From contig NZ_CANNES010000004.1 of assembly GCF_947503705.1 (NCBI RefSeq), positions 1 through 64,000 of the forward strand: a stretch of DNA of 64,000 nt, written 5' to 3'. Of the stretch, positions 29,318 through 37,905 are shown piece after piece; positions within the stretch are counted from its first letter, which is position 1; the number at the start of each line of letters is the position of its first letter. The notes beneath the pieces were generated by a model. That model saw nothing but the letters and a program-made list of their open reading frames with translations, searched no databases and was not told where the DNA came from. The position numbers and the translations under genes were made by a program. This DNA is from an uncultured Tateyamaria sp. GTDB taxonomy: Bacteria; Pseudomonadota; Alphaproteobacteria; Rhodobacterales; Rhodobacteraceae.

Positions 29318-30558
29318 GTCAGCAACAAATGATCTGCGCCGACATCCCGAGCGGCGCCTGCATGGACCACCACCAGCGTCTTTGCCAACGCCTCGGCGCC
29401 CTTCATCACATCGTTCAGATCCAGCTTGAACGGCCCGTCAAACACTCCCGCGCGAGCCTCCACGGCGACAACCGGCGCGTCACTGGCAAAGGCGGCGAGC
29501 AGCGCCCAATGCGCGCCACGCCGCGCGCTGAGTTCGGGGGCAAAGCCGCCTTCCCATGGGGCGTCAGTGACTTCGATCCCTGCACCGCGCAAGAGCGGTG
29601 CGTAAGTGATCCGAACAGGATCAAAGGGGGGGATGAACGGCCACGGCACGTCAAACACGCCTGCGACATAGGGTTGGCCATCGCCCCGGTACGTCGCCAG
29701 CGTCGAGACAAGCGCTTGGCACTGCGCCGCGTCACCGGTCGCAATATGCACGACGCGGCCTGCGCCCATCTGAAAGGGCACCGCCCCCGGCACATCCAGA
29801 ACCTGATCACTCTGTGCGGCCCAAACGCGACCGGGGGTCTCCGCGACGGGCCCCGGTTCCTTTGGCAACCAATTGAGGCGTGGAAAGTCGCGGTAGGTCG
29901 CAATAATCGCATGGGCAGGCAGCACACAGGCCAGGCTCAGCAGAGCAATCAGCGCCAGATTGGTGGCAGACAGCCCGCCCGCCAGCACCGGCAGGGCATG
30001 GACTTGCACGAAAGTCGCAAGCAACAGAACCGCGATCGCGCCAACCTCATACCACGGGCGTAACGGATCAGGGGCATAGCGCGACAACAGCATCGCCACA
30101 GCACTTAGAACCAAAAACACCACCTGAATGAACAGCGCCAGTCGCGACATGCTGGCCATACCAATCAGCAGCACAAGGGTGATGAAACCGGCCCCCAAAA
30201 GCGTGGTTACCGTGCCAATGGCCGCAACCGGGCTCAAAACGTGCAACGCGGCCCGGGTCGTGTCATCACCGGGCGCATCAATCAAACGCTCAGCGGCCCG
30301 CAGCCGCAGATTGACCCAGGCCAGAATCTGGCTGGTGCGCACCGCATGGCGCAAAACGGATTCCGTGGCGATGGCCCCAATGGCCAACAATACAAAGATC
30401 ACGATATGGTCGTGAAACGGCGCTCCCGCCGCCTGGCTGCGCAAAACCGAAAGTGTCGCCAGCCCGATCAGAACAGCAAACACCCCGCGCAGCGCCCAGA
30501 GAAGGACCATGCGCCACCGGAATGCACCGCGATCAACTATGTGAATTGTATCGGCCAC
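29296..30558 (-). CDS. Membrane protein with a C-terminal soluble domain that loosely resembles a degenerate ABC nucleotide-binding fold lacking Walker A
   Basis: 420 aa. About 6 N-terminal TM helices. The C-terminal 190 aa ('RVVHIATGDAAQCQALVSTL...APVVAVEARAGVFD...TLVVVHAG') has ABC-NBD-like spacing but no GKS/T P-loop. Confidence 0.45.
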   Translation of the reverse strand: MADTIHIVDRGAFRWRMVLLWALRGVFAVLIGLATLSVLRSQAAGAPFHDHIVIFVLLAIGAIATESVLRHAVRTSQILAWVNLRLRAAERLIDAPGDDTTRAALHVLSPVAAIGTVTTLLGAGFITLVLLIGMASMSRLALFIQVVFLVLSAVAMLLSRYAPDPLRPWYEVGAIAVLLLATFVQVHALPVLAGGLSATNLALIALLSLACVLPAHAIIATYRDFPRLNWLPKEPGPVAETPGRVWAAQSDQVLDVPGAVPFQMGAGRVVHIATGDAAQCQALVSTLATYRGDGQPYVAGVFDVPWPFIPPFDPVRITYAPLLRGAGIEVTDAPWEGGFAPELSARRGAHWALLAAFASDAPVVAVEARAGVFDGPFKLDLNDVMKGAEALAKTLVVVHAGAARDVGADHLLLTWTGARA

Positions 30559-31183
30559 GCGGCAAATTGCTTTCTAAAAATGCGCTCAATTCCGCAACTC
30601 ACCCAAAAGCAATGCGTGGGCTTCTGCCGTCTTGACACAACACGCACCTTCCCCTCACGGTAGAGCGCATACTCGTTTTCGTAGCAGCACCACCCGCATT
30701 TTTTCAACCCTTTTAAACCATTCGAGTGACGTATTGACCGCATCTGCCTCTGCAATAGCCCAACCGCAACGCCGACGGCGCGCTGCCGCGACGCGTACGC
30801 GGATTGAAAAAGTGGCCGGGTTTGGGCCATCTGTCGGCGTGGCAGAGCTTGAGATGCGCGGACCGCCACCCGCTGCGCGCCCTGCCCAATCGGACACACG
30901 GCGCAGTCCGGCCCGCCTGGCCTGGACGCCCCCCACCAAGTTGCCCGGTCTGGAAAACCTCTATGCCAGCAGCGCAATCGGCCCCACCATCGCGCCCGAA
31001 GGTGTCGGTACAACCAAGGTTTTCACCACCGCCATCACAGCCCAGGCCGAACGCCTTTTTGCCTTTGCCCTGGCCCAGTTCGGTCTCGTCCAGGCGCAAG
31101 CACAAGCGCGCCGGGCCGTGCGTGCGGGCACGGGGCCCTCGACGCTGGATCGGCTGCGCGAATGGCGCGGCAAGACCAACGCC

Positions 31184-32557
31184 ATGGCCGCCTTTGGCGC
31201 GGTGACGTTGGCCTATTGGGCCTTTATGCTGACCGACGGCGCGTTGCGGATGCTGGTGCTGTTGCACTTTCACACGTTGGGGTTTTCGGCAGTCCAACTG
31301 GCCTTCATGTTTTTGCTCTACGAGATCATGGGGATCGTCACGAACCTCTCGGCGGGCTGGCTGGCGGCGCGGTTCGGGCTGACCGCCACGCTTTACACCG
31401 GGCTGGTCTTGCAAATCGTCGCTTTGGTGGCGCTGTCGGCGCTTGATCCCACCTGGACGCTTTGGTTTTCGGTCCTGTTCGTGATGCTGGTGCAGGGCCT
31501 TGCCGGCGTGGCCAAGGATTTCACCAAGATGAGCTCCAAAAGCGCTGTCAAATTGCTCGCCCCCAAGGATCAGTCCGGCGCACTTTTCAAATGGGTCGCG
31601 GCGCTGACGGGGTCCAAGAACGCGATCAAAGGCCTAGGTTTCCTATTGGGGGCGGCCCTTCTGGCGCTCTTTGGTTTCACCGGATCCGTGCTGATGATGG
31701 CCGCCGGGCTGGGGGCCGTCTTGCTGGCGGTCGGGCTGTTCATGCCGCGTGGTTTGCCTATCGGGCGCAAGGATGCAAAATTTTCCGAAGTTTTCTCAAA
31801 AAACAAAAATATCAACGCCTTGTCTGCGGCAAGGGTATTCCTGTTTGGGGCGCGCGACGCGTGGTTCGTTGTCGGCATCCCCGCCTATTTCTACACCGTG
31901 CTCAGCACCGGCACTGCTGCAAGCATGCAGGCCGCCTTCTTTGCCATCGGCACATTCATGGCGTTGTGGCTGGTGGGCTATGGTCTGATCCAGGCCCTGG
32001 CCCCCAAACTGCTCAAGGCCAAGGACAAACCGTTGCGCGATGTGGTGCACATGGCCCAACGCTGGGCGGCAATCCTGGCCCTTGTGCCCGCCGGGCTGAC
32101 ACTGGCGGCGGTACTGGCGGGCGGGCCTGCGCTATGGCTGACGCTGACACTGGTTTTGGGCCTGTTGCTTTTCGGGGCCGTCTTTGCGGTGAACTCGTCG
32201 CTGCACTCCTACCTCATCTTGGCGTTCACCAAGGATGAGCGGGCGGCGATGGACGTGGGATTTTACTACATGGCCAATGCAACGGGCCGCTTGATCGGGA
32301 CGCTGCTGTCCGGGCTGGCCTACTTCCTGGGAGGCTTGCCCACGGTTTTGGCCGCCTCTACAGGAATGGCCGCGCTGAACTGGATTTTCGCCCGTCGCCT
32401 CAGCGACACGTTCACCGAAGAAGAGACCGACCTTCCCACTCCGGTCGCTCCAGTTGAACAACCGGTCAAGGGCGCAGGCGAAGCCGAGCCCATCCGCATC
32501 CGGCGCAGCCCACCCCGACGACAAAGGCGGATCCATGGGGCGATGGCCACGGGTTAG
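31184..32557 (+). CDS. MFS transporter, ArsJ-like (organoarsenical efflux permease family)
   Basis: 'LAYWAFMLTDGALRMLVLLHFHTLGFSAVQLAFMFLLYEIMGIVTNLSAGW...DFTKMSSKSAVKLLAP...KWVAALTGSKNAIKGLGFLLG' matches the conserved N-terminal ArsJ block. The ORF is open back to 30632 (a 184-aa GC-rich extension with no TM segments). ATG 31184 is the conservative start. Confidence 0.7.
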   Translation: MAAFGAVTLAYWAFMLTDGALRMLVLLHFHTLGFSAVQLAFMFLLYEIMGIVTNLSAGWLAARFGLTATLYTGLVLQIVALVALSALDPTWTLWFSVLFVMLVQGLAGVAKDFTKMSSKSAVKLLAPKDQSGALFKWVAALTGSKNAIKGLGFLLGAALLALFGFTGSVLMMAAGLGAVLLAVGLFMPRGLPIGRKDAKFSEVFSKNKNINALSAARVFLFGARDAWFVVGIPAYFYTVLSTGTAASMQAAFFAIGTFMALWLVGYGLIQALAPKLLKAKDKPLRDVVHMAQRWAAILALVPAGLTLAAVLAGGPALWLTLTLVLGLLLFGAVFAVNSSLHSYLILAFTKDERAAMDVGFYYMANATGRLIGTLLSGLAYFLGGLPTVLAASTGMAALNWIFARRLSDTFTEEETDLPTPVAPVEQPVKGAGEAEPIRIRRSPPRRQRRIHGAMATG

Positions 32558-33477
32558 GCGTGCGTTTTTGGTGTTTTCCCGGCGCTTGCTTTTCGCTCAT
32601 CCGTCATCGCGGCGATGGTTGGCACAAAAAGATGGGCAATGATCGCCCGTGCCACCGTCCAATTCACTGCAAAAACCAGCAGGGGCAGAACCAGCCCGTG
32701 CATAGTGTGAAACACCACCAGTCCGGTGACATATTCAAACAAATCCCCCACCTTGCTCATGAAGGTTTCATGCAGCGTGTTCAGCCCCGCCTTGATGTTG
32801 TCGCCTTCGCCCCAATGGGCAACCACATCCTTGCCTTTGAACGTGTCGCGCGCCGCGTTGGCCAGATCATGCGCCGCCGCCTTGGGCGCCAGCAATGCAT
32901 GCATATCCACCAGGCTGACCACCCCACCGGCAAGGTACAGGCTGAGGGGAAAGATCACCGTAACTGCAACAAAGACCATCAGCACAATGCGTAGCACATC
33001 GAGCGCTATCACATGCGCCGCACCTTGATGGAATAACCACGCGGCACCCAGTGCCGCCAAGATGATCACCAGCACCGCCTTGTAGATATAGGGGCCAAGC
33101 GACGCGGCCACATCCGACAGCACCCGCAGCCCCTCAAGCACTGCCGCGGCCCCAATCGCCACATATTGCGCGCGTTGCAACAGAGCCTGCGCTTCGGACA
33201 CCGCGTTGCCAATCTGAATATCCGCCTTAACGATCAGCGCCACACCCACATCAGTTGATGCGGTCACGTTCAGCACCGTCAGCGCCTCGGTAAATGCCAC
33301 CAGATCTTCGGCATTGCTCTTGATGGCGGTCTCGAGAGTTGCGGTATTTTGCGCCTCCACATAGGCGAACGGATGCAGGTTCGACAAAGAGGACAGCGCC
33401 GGCACAAAGCTGAGCACCAGAAGGATTGTAACCGCGATGGCGGCCCATCCAGAAGACGGGACTTTACCCAACTGCAT
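32554..33477 (-). CDS. Hypothetical polytopic membrane protein
   Basis: Start taken as ATG 33477 (MQLGKVPSSGWAAIAVTILLV...). About 6 TM helices. It overlaps the GH25 gene's 3' end. Confidence 0.45.
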   Translation of the reverse strand: MQLGKVPSSGWAAIAVTILLVLSFVPALSSLSNLHPFAYVEAQNTATLETAIKSNAEDLVAFTEALTVLNVTASTDVGVALIVKADIQIGNAVSEAQALLQRAQYVAIGAAAVLEGLRVLSDVAASLGPYIYKAVLVIILAALGAAWLFHQGAAHVIALDVLRIVLMVFVAVTVIFPLSLYLAGGVVSLVDMHALLAPKAAAHDLANAARDTFKGKDVVAHWGEGDNIKAGLNTLHETFMSKVGDLFEYVTGLVVFHTMHGLVLPLLVFAVNWTVARAIIAHLFVPTIAAMTDERKASAGKTPKTHA

Positions 33478-34210
33478 CGAGGGCACCACAGCGGAGTTTC
33501 GACAGATCGGACGCCGAGCCAAAGAACCAATCGGCATCCACATCGCCGGGTACGCCGTCCACGCGTCCAGTCTCAGCATATTGCCAGAACCACAGTGTTG
33601 GCGGCAGCCCTTCGGACGGCAGTGACGAGGAATATTCGGCCAGCCACACCGGCTGCGTCGGCGGTATCATGGGCGCAAGCGCCTTATAGTGGCTGAGGTC
33701 AATATACAGCAGCGGCTGACAGTTGGTCACCTCTTTGACATGGCTCATCCACGCCACGGCCTGCTTGTAATCCTCCTGGGTCAGCGTTCCTTCCAGATCA
33801 AGCGTCGGTGGCAGTTGCAGCGCCTGACCAGCAACGGTTTTCAGAAAAAATTCTGCTTGTGCGACGCCATCATCCCCGGTCTGAAAAAAATGATAGGCCC
33901 CAACCGGCAGGTCCACCGCATTGGCCCCCGCCACATGTTGGGTAAAATCCTTGTCGGGGGAGCTGATGCCCTGGCTTGCCTTGGCGAACACAAAGGAACT
34001 GCCGCCCGCCTTGACCGCGTTCCAGTCGATATTGGTGCCTTGAAAATGCGACACGTCAAAGCCGGGTGTGCGTTCGCCGGGATCAGGGGTAAAGCCGCCA
34101 AGACCAAGGCTGATCCCCGCGCACCCCGCCACAGTCAGCGTGATCGCAAGGCCAAGGGCGGCAATGCGGTGATGGTTCAAAACATGGTTCATCATCTTTG
34201 TGTCTTTCAA
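33464..34210 (-). CDS. GH25-family lysozyme/muramidase lipoprotein
   Basis: Lipobox 'TLTVAGCAG'. 'GFDVSHFQGTNIDWNAVKAGGSSFVFAKASQG' and 'VGAYHFF' are GH25 (Cpl-1/LytC-type) catalytic-region motifs. Confidence 0.8.
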   Translation of the reverse strand: MKDTKMMNHVLNHHRIAALGLAITLTVAGCAGISLGLGGFTPDPGERTPGFDVSHFQGTNIDWNAVKAGGSSFVFAKASQGISSPDKDFTQHVAGANAVDLPVGAYHFFQTGDDGVAQAEFFLKTVAGQALQLPPTLDLEGTLTQEDYKQAVAWMSHVKEVTNCQPLLYIDLSHYKALAPMIPPTQPVWLAEYSSSLPSEGLPPTLWFWQYAETGRVDGVPGDVDADWFFGSASDLSKLRCGALDAVG

Positions 34211-34549
34211 TATGTGTCGCGGAAGGGGCCGCGCCGCAGGCTCAAATCATCGTGTCCCGGTGGCGGTCGCTAGGCCCGCTGACAGCACCGCAATCAGCGC
34301 CGTTGATCAGAATCGATCCACCCTGTGGTTGAGTATCTTGGACAGGGACGGCTCAAAAGTCCAATCCCGGCTTCAGCCTGACATCCGCCATTCCAGGAAA
34401 AGACACGGCCCGGTGATTGCAAAGCCAAGGGAAATCAGGTTCAGACATTGCTGCCGCCCTTGCGCAAAAACCCCAATGGCTCTGGACATTTATCCGGCAT
34501 CAGGTAGGCACAGGCGGGTATTGCAGCCCTCCCAAGACAGGATTTTCTC

Positions 34550-35686
34550 ATGGCAACGCTTCCTGATTTTCGATTGGAAACCCACTTTGCCAAATGGGAG
34601 TTCAAAGCCCGCCATCATATGACCGCCTCCGACGCGCAAAGCATGTCGCTGCGCGATCTGATGGCCATGGCCACGCCCGAGGAACGGGCCGGTTTCGACG
34701 ACATGTGGCTGGGCTATACCGAAACCTATGGAGCGACCGATCTGCGCACGGCCATCGCTGGCACCTACGCGGCGCAACCGGTGGAAAACATCCTGTGTTT
34801 TGCGGGCGCCAGCGAAGGCATTTTTGCCGCCAACACGGTGCTTTTGGATCGCGACAGCCATGCCATCGTGGTCACGCCGAACTACCAATCCCACGAAAGC
34901 CTGCCCGCCACCATCTGTGCGGCCACAGCCGTACCGCTCGACCCAGATGACGGCTGGTCACTCGACATTGACCGGGTGGCGGCGGCAATCAAACCCAACA
35001 CCAAGCTGGTGACCATCAACTTTCCGCACAACCCAACTGGCGCGATCCTGCCGCTTGACCGCTATCACGCGCTGATCGAGCTATGCCGTCACCACGGCAT
35101 CTACATCTTGCATGACGAAATCTTCAACGGCCTTGGCCCGACGGGGGCACAGCATCTGCCTTTTGTTGCTGACCTCTACGAGAGGGGCCTGTCGCTGAAC
35201 GTCATGTCCAAATCCTATGGCCTGCCCGGGCTGCGCATCGGCTGGATCGCCTGCCAGGACCGCGACGTGCTGTCCCGAATGGAGCGGCTCAAGCACTACC
35301 TGTCGATCTGCAACTCGGGGCCAAGCGAACGGTTGGCATTGATCGCTCTGAACCACCGCGACCAAATTCTGGCGCGCAACTGCGCCATCGTTGATGAAAA
35401 CCTGCCCAAATGGGACGCATTCTTTACCCGCCACCCCGACCTGTTTGACTGGAAACGACCCGATGGCTCTTGCATGGCCTTTCCCCGCTACAAAGGGGCT
35501 GACGGCGTCGAGGCGTTCACCAAATCACTTGTCGAAGACAGCGGAGTTCTTTTCCTGCCCAGCACAATCTACCGCTCTGATCTGGGCGACACACCCACAG
35601 ACCGGTTCCGGCTTGGGTTCGGGCGCACGGGCCTGGACGAAGGGCTGGCCGCCCTTGAGGCCCACATCATGCGCAACCGCGCCTAG
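34550..35686 (+). CDS. PLP-dependent aminotransferase, class I/II
   Basis: Fold-type I pattern and the 'NVMSKSYGLPGLRIGW' PLP-lysine motif. Confidence 0.8.
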   Translation: MATLPDFRLETHFAKWEFKARHHMTASDAQSMSLRDLMAMATPEERAGFDDMWLGYTETYGATDLRTAIAGTYAAQPVENILCFAGASEGIFAANTVLLDRDSHAIVVTPNYQSHESLPATICAATAVPLDPDDGWSLDIDRVAAAIKPNTKLVTINFPHNPTGAILPLDRYHALIELCRHHGIYILHDEIFNGLGPTGAQHLPFVADLYERGLSLNVMSKSYGLPGLRIGWIACQDRDVLSRMERLKHYLSICNSGPSERLALIALNHRDQILARNCAIVDENLPKWDAFFTRHPDLFDWKRPDGSCMAFPRYKGADGVEAFTKSLVEDSGVLFLPSTIYRSDLGDTPTDRFRLGFGRTGLDEGLAALEAHIMRNRA

Positions 35687-36351
35687 TCGAGGCCCAAACC
35701 CTCAACAAACTGCATGAAATCGGCCAACGCGCCCTCGTCCAACGGGCGGCCCGTGAAGCCTTGCACATAAGGGCCTACGCGGCCCATGCGGATGTCCATT
35801 GGTTCGCGAACTTCCAGCGCGTGGTAGCCAAGCTGCATGAAATAAAGGATGCGGGCACGGGCATCCGCCTCGGCCGGGGGGTAGCCAAAGCGCGCAAACA
35901 TCCCGGTCACCGCCTTCAACCGTACCGCATCGGCCGCATGGACGCGCGTGCCCAACGTTGCATCCCGGCGCGACCATTCGCGCACCGCAAAATCAAGGCC
36001 GGTGTCAAACAAGGCAGGATCGACGAAGCAGCGAAAAAAGTTGCACAACGCCTCGGTGATGCTGTTGGCGGGGCGAGCGCAATATGCTGTGAGCGTCGCG
36101 GTATTGCGCGCCTCCCATTCATCCAGCAGGGCCGCCAACAGGTCCGCGCGGTTCTGAAAATACCAGTAAAAACTGGACCGCGAAACTTGCAGCCGGTCGC
36201 TCAGCGTCAAAATCTTCACCTCGGCCACGCCGTGATGGACCAGCACGTCGCGGGCAATATTCAACCAATCCTCGCGGGTGACTTTGACATGGCCCACCAG
36301 CGGGGACTTGTCCGGATCATCTCGGTGCAACAGGGGGGCGGGACGGCTCAT
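35683..36351 (-). CDS. TetR/AcrR-family transcriptional regulator
   Basis: N-terminal HTH 'LTLSDRLQVSRSSFYWYFQNRADLLAALL'. It is adjacent to catabolic genes. Confidence 0.8.
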   Translation of the reverse strand: MSRPAPLLHRDDPDKSPLVGHVKVTREDWLNIARDVLVHHGVAEVKILTLSDRLQVSRSSFYWYFQNRADLLAALLDEWEARNTATLTAYCARPANSITEALCNFFRCFVDPALFDTGLDFAVREWSRRDATLGTRVHAADAVRLKAVTGMFARFGYPPAEADARARILYFMQLGYHALEVREPMDIRMGRVGPYVQGFTGRPLDEGALADFMQFVEGLGLD

Positions 36352-36354
36352 CGC

Positions 36355-37902
36355 TTAACTTTCCGGCGGCGCACCGCCCTCGGCGGTCCGCTTGGCGATA
36401 AAGGCCTGCAACTGGTCAACCTTGTCCCCGTCCACATCGGGCCGTTGGTCCGCCGCCAGAATGCCCTTCCATATGTCCGTCGCGCGGGTGCTGGCGTCCT
36501 GCGCGCCACGTTCGGTCCAGGTGCCAAAGTTCGCATAATCATGCACGACAGGTTCATAAAACTCGGTACTGTACCGTTCCATCGTTTGGGTCGTGGCAAA
36601 GAAATGGCCGCTGGGAGCCACCTCTGACAGTGCGTCAAACCCGATCTCGGCCTCCCCCGCTTGCGCGCCCGCACACAACTCCGCCACCATGTTCAGCACT
36701 TCCACATCAGTGATCAGCTTTTCATAGGACACGCTCAGCCCCCCTTCGAGCCATCCGGCCGAATGGATGATGATGGTGGCCCCGGCCATCAGACAACCCC
36801 AGAGGCCCATCTGGTTTTCATTCGCCGCCTGCACGTCATTGAGGTTCGAGGCCGATCCCGCCGCCGACCGCCACGGCAACCCCGTGAACCGCGCCAATTG
36901 CCCAGCGGCCAGAGAGGCCTGAAAATGCGCGGGCGTTCCAAAGGCGGGGGCGCCCGATTTCATGTCCACGTTCGAGGTGAAGGTGCCATAGCACACCGGC
37001 GCGCCCGGGCGCACCAATTGGGTCAGGGCAATGGCGGCCAAAGCCTCCGTATGGCTCAGCGTGATGGCCCCTGCCACAGTGATCGGGGCCATCGCCCCCA
37101 TCAGCGTGAACGGCGTGACAATCGACACCTGCCCGGCACGGGCAAAGTCAATGAGGCCCTGGGCCATCGGAATGTCCAGCGTGCGCGGACTGTTGGTGTT
37201 GATGATCGTATAGCAATGCGGATGGGCCGCGAATTCGTCATCCGACACCCCCCTGAAATCCCGAAGCATTTCAAAGTTGTCCATCGCCTGCGGCGTACCC
37301 CGCGAATAGACAAATGGGAATTTGTCCGTCAGCGTCAGTTGCGCGTCCATGGTGAAATAGTGCCGGATGTTTGTGGCGATGTCTTGCGGCTCGACCAAGG
37401 GAGGCATCATCTGGAACACGTCGAAATGGTGGGTCAGTTGGATCAACTCGCGGAAGTCCACGCCGCGCCCGGGGCGCCGTCCCCGTTCCAAATCGGTGGC
37501 ATGGGGTGCGCCGGCCCCGGGCTGAAACACCAGACTGCCCAGTTCCAACAGCACATCGCGCCCCGGCGCACCCGCCTTGCACGCGATGGATTTCGGGGCC
37601 GAGGCCAGCGCCGCCTCGACAATATCGCGCCCGAGGAAAACCATCTCGGTCGCCTCATCGACGCGCGCACCTGCTGCGGCAAAGATCCTGCGCGCCTCGG
37701 CCAGGTTCACCTTGACCCCCAGCTCTTCCAACGTGCGCAGCGCCGTCACGTGCATGTTCGCAATCTGATCTGCCGAAAACACTTCCATCGGTGGAAACGG
37801 ATTTTTTAGCTGGCTATAGTTGGTCTGCCGCGCAGGCGCGCTTGCCCCCTCGCGGCCCCGTCTTCGCCCGCTGCGGGCGGGGCGTTTGCTCACGATGTCC
37901 AT
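36355..37902 (-). CDS. MttB-family (trimethylamine methyltransferase-like) protein, probably glycine betaine:corrinoid methyltransferase
   Basis: 'MEVFSADQIANMHVTALRTLEELGVKV' and the overall 515-aa TIM-barrel MttB pattern. It has no in-frame UAG, which is typical of the non-Pyl betaine-type enzymes. Confidence 0.75.
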   Translation of the reverse strand: MDIVSKRPARSGRRRGREGASAPARQTNYSQLKNPFPPMEVFSADQIANMHVTALRTLEELGVKVNLAEARRIFAAAGARVDEATEMVFLGRDIVEAALASAPKSIACKAGAPGRDVLLELGSLVFQPGAGAPHATDLERGRRPGRGVDFRELIQLTHHFDVFQMMPPLVEPQDIATNIRHYFTMDAQLTLTDKFPFVYSRGTPQAMDNFEMLRDFRGVSDDEFAAHPHCYTIINTNSPRTLDIPMAQGLIDFARAGQVSIVTPFTLMGAMAPITVAGAITLSHTEALAAIALTQLVRPGAPVCYGTFTSNVDMKSGAPAFGTPAHFQASLAAGQLARFTGLPWRSAAGSASNLNDVQAANENQMGLWGCLMAGATIIIHSAGWLEGGLSVSYEKLITDVEVLNMVAELCAGAQAGEAEIGFDALSEVAPSGHFFATTQTMERYSTEFYEPVVHDYANFGTWTERGAQDASTRATDIWKGILAADQRPDVDGDKVDQLQAFIAKRTAEGGAPPES

Positions 37903-37905
37903 GGC

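Noticed and set aside
30632-31183. 184-codon N-terminal extension of the ArsJ-like MFS ORF
   Set aside because: Open frame in GC-rich DNA with no TM segments or motifs. The ArsJ-family conserved N-terminus begins right after ATG 31184. It was kept only as a possibility in the feature note.
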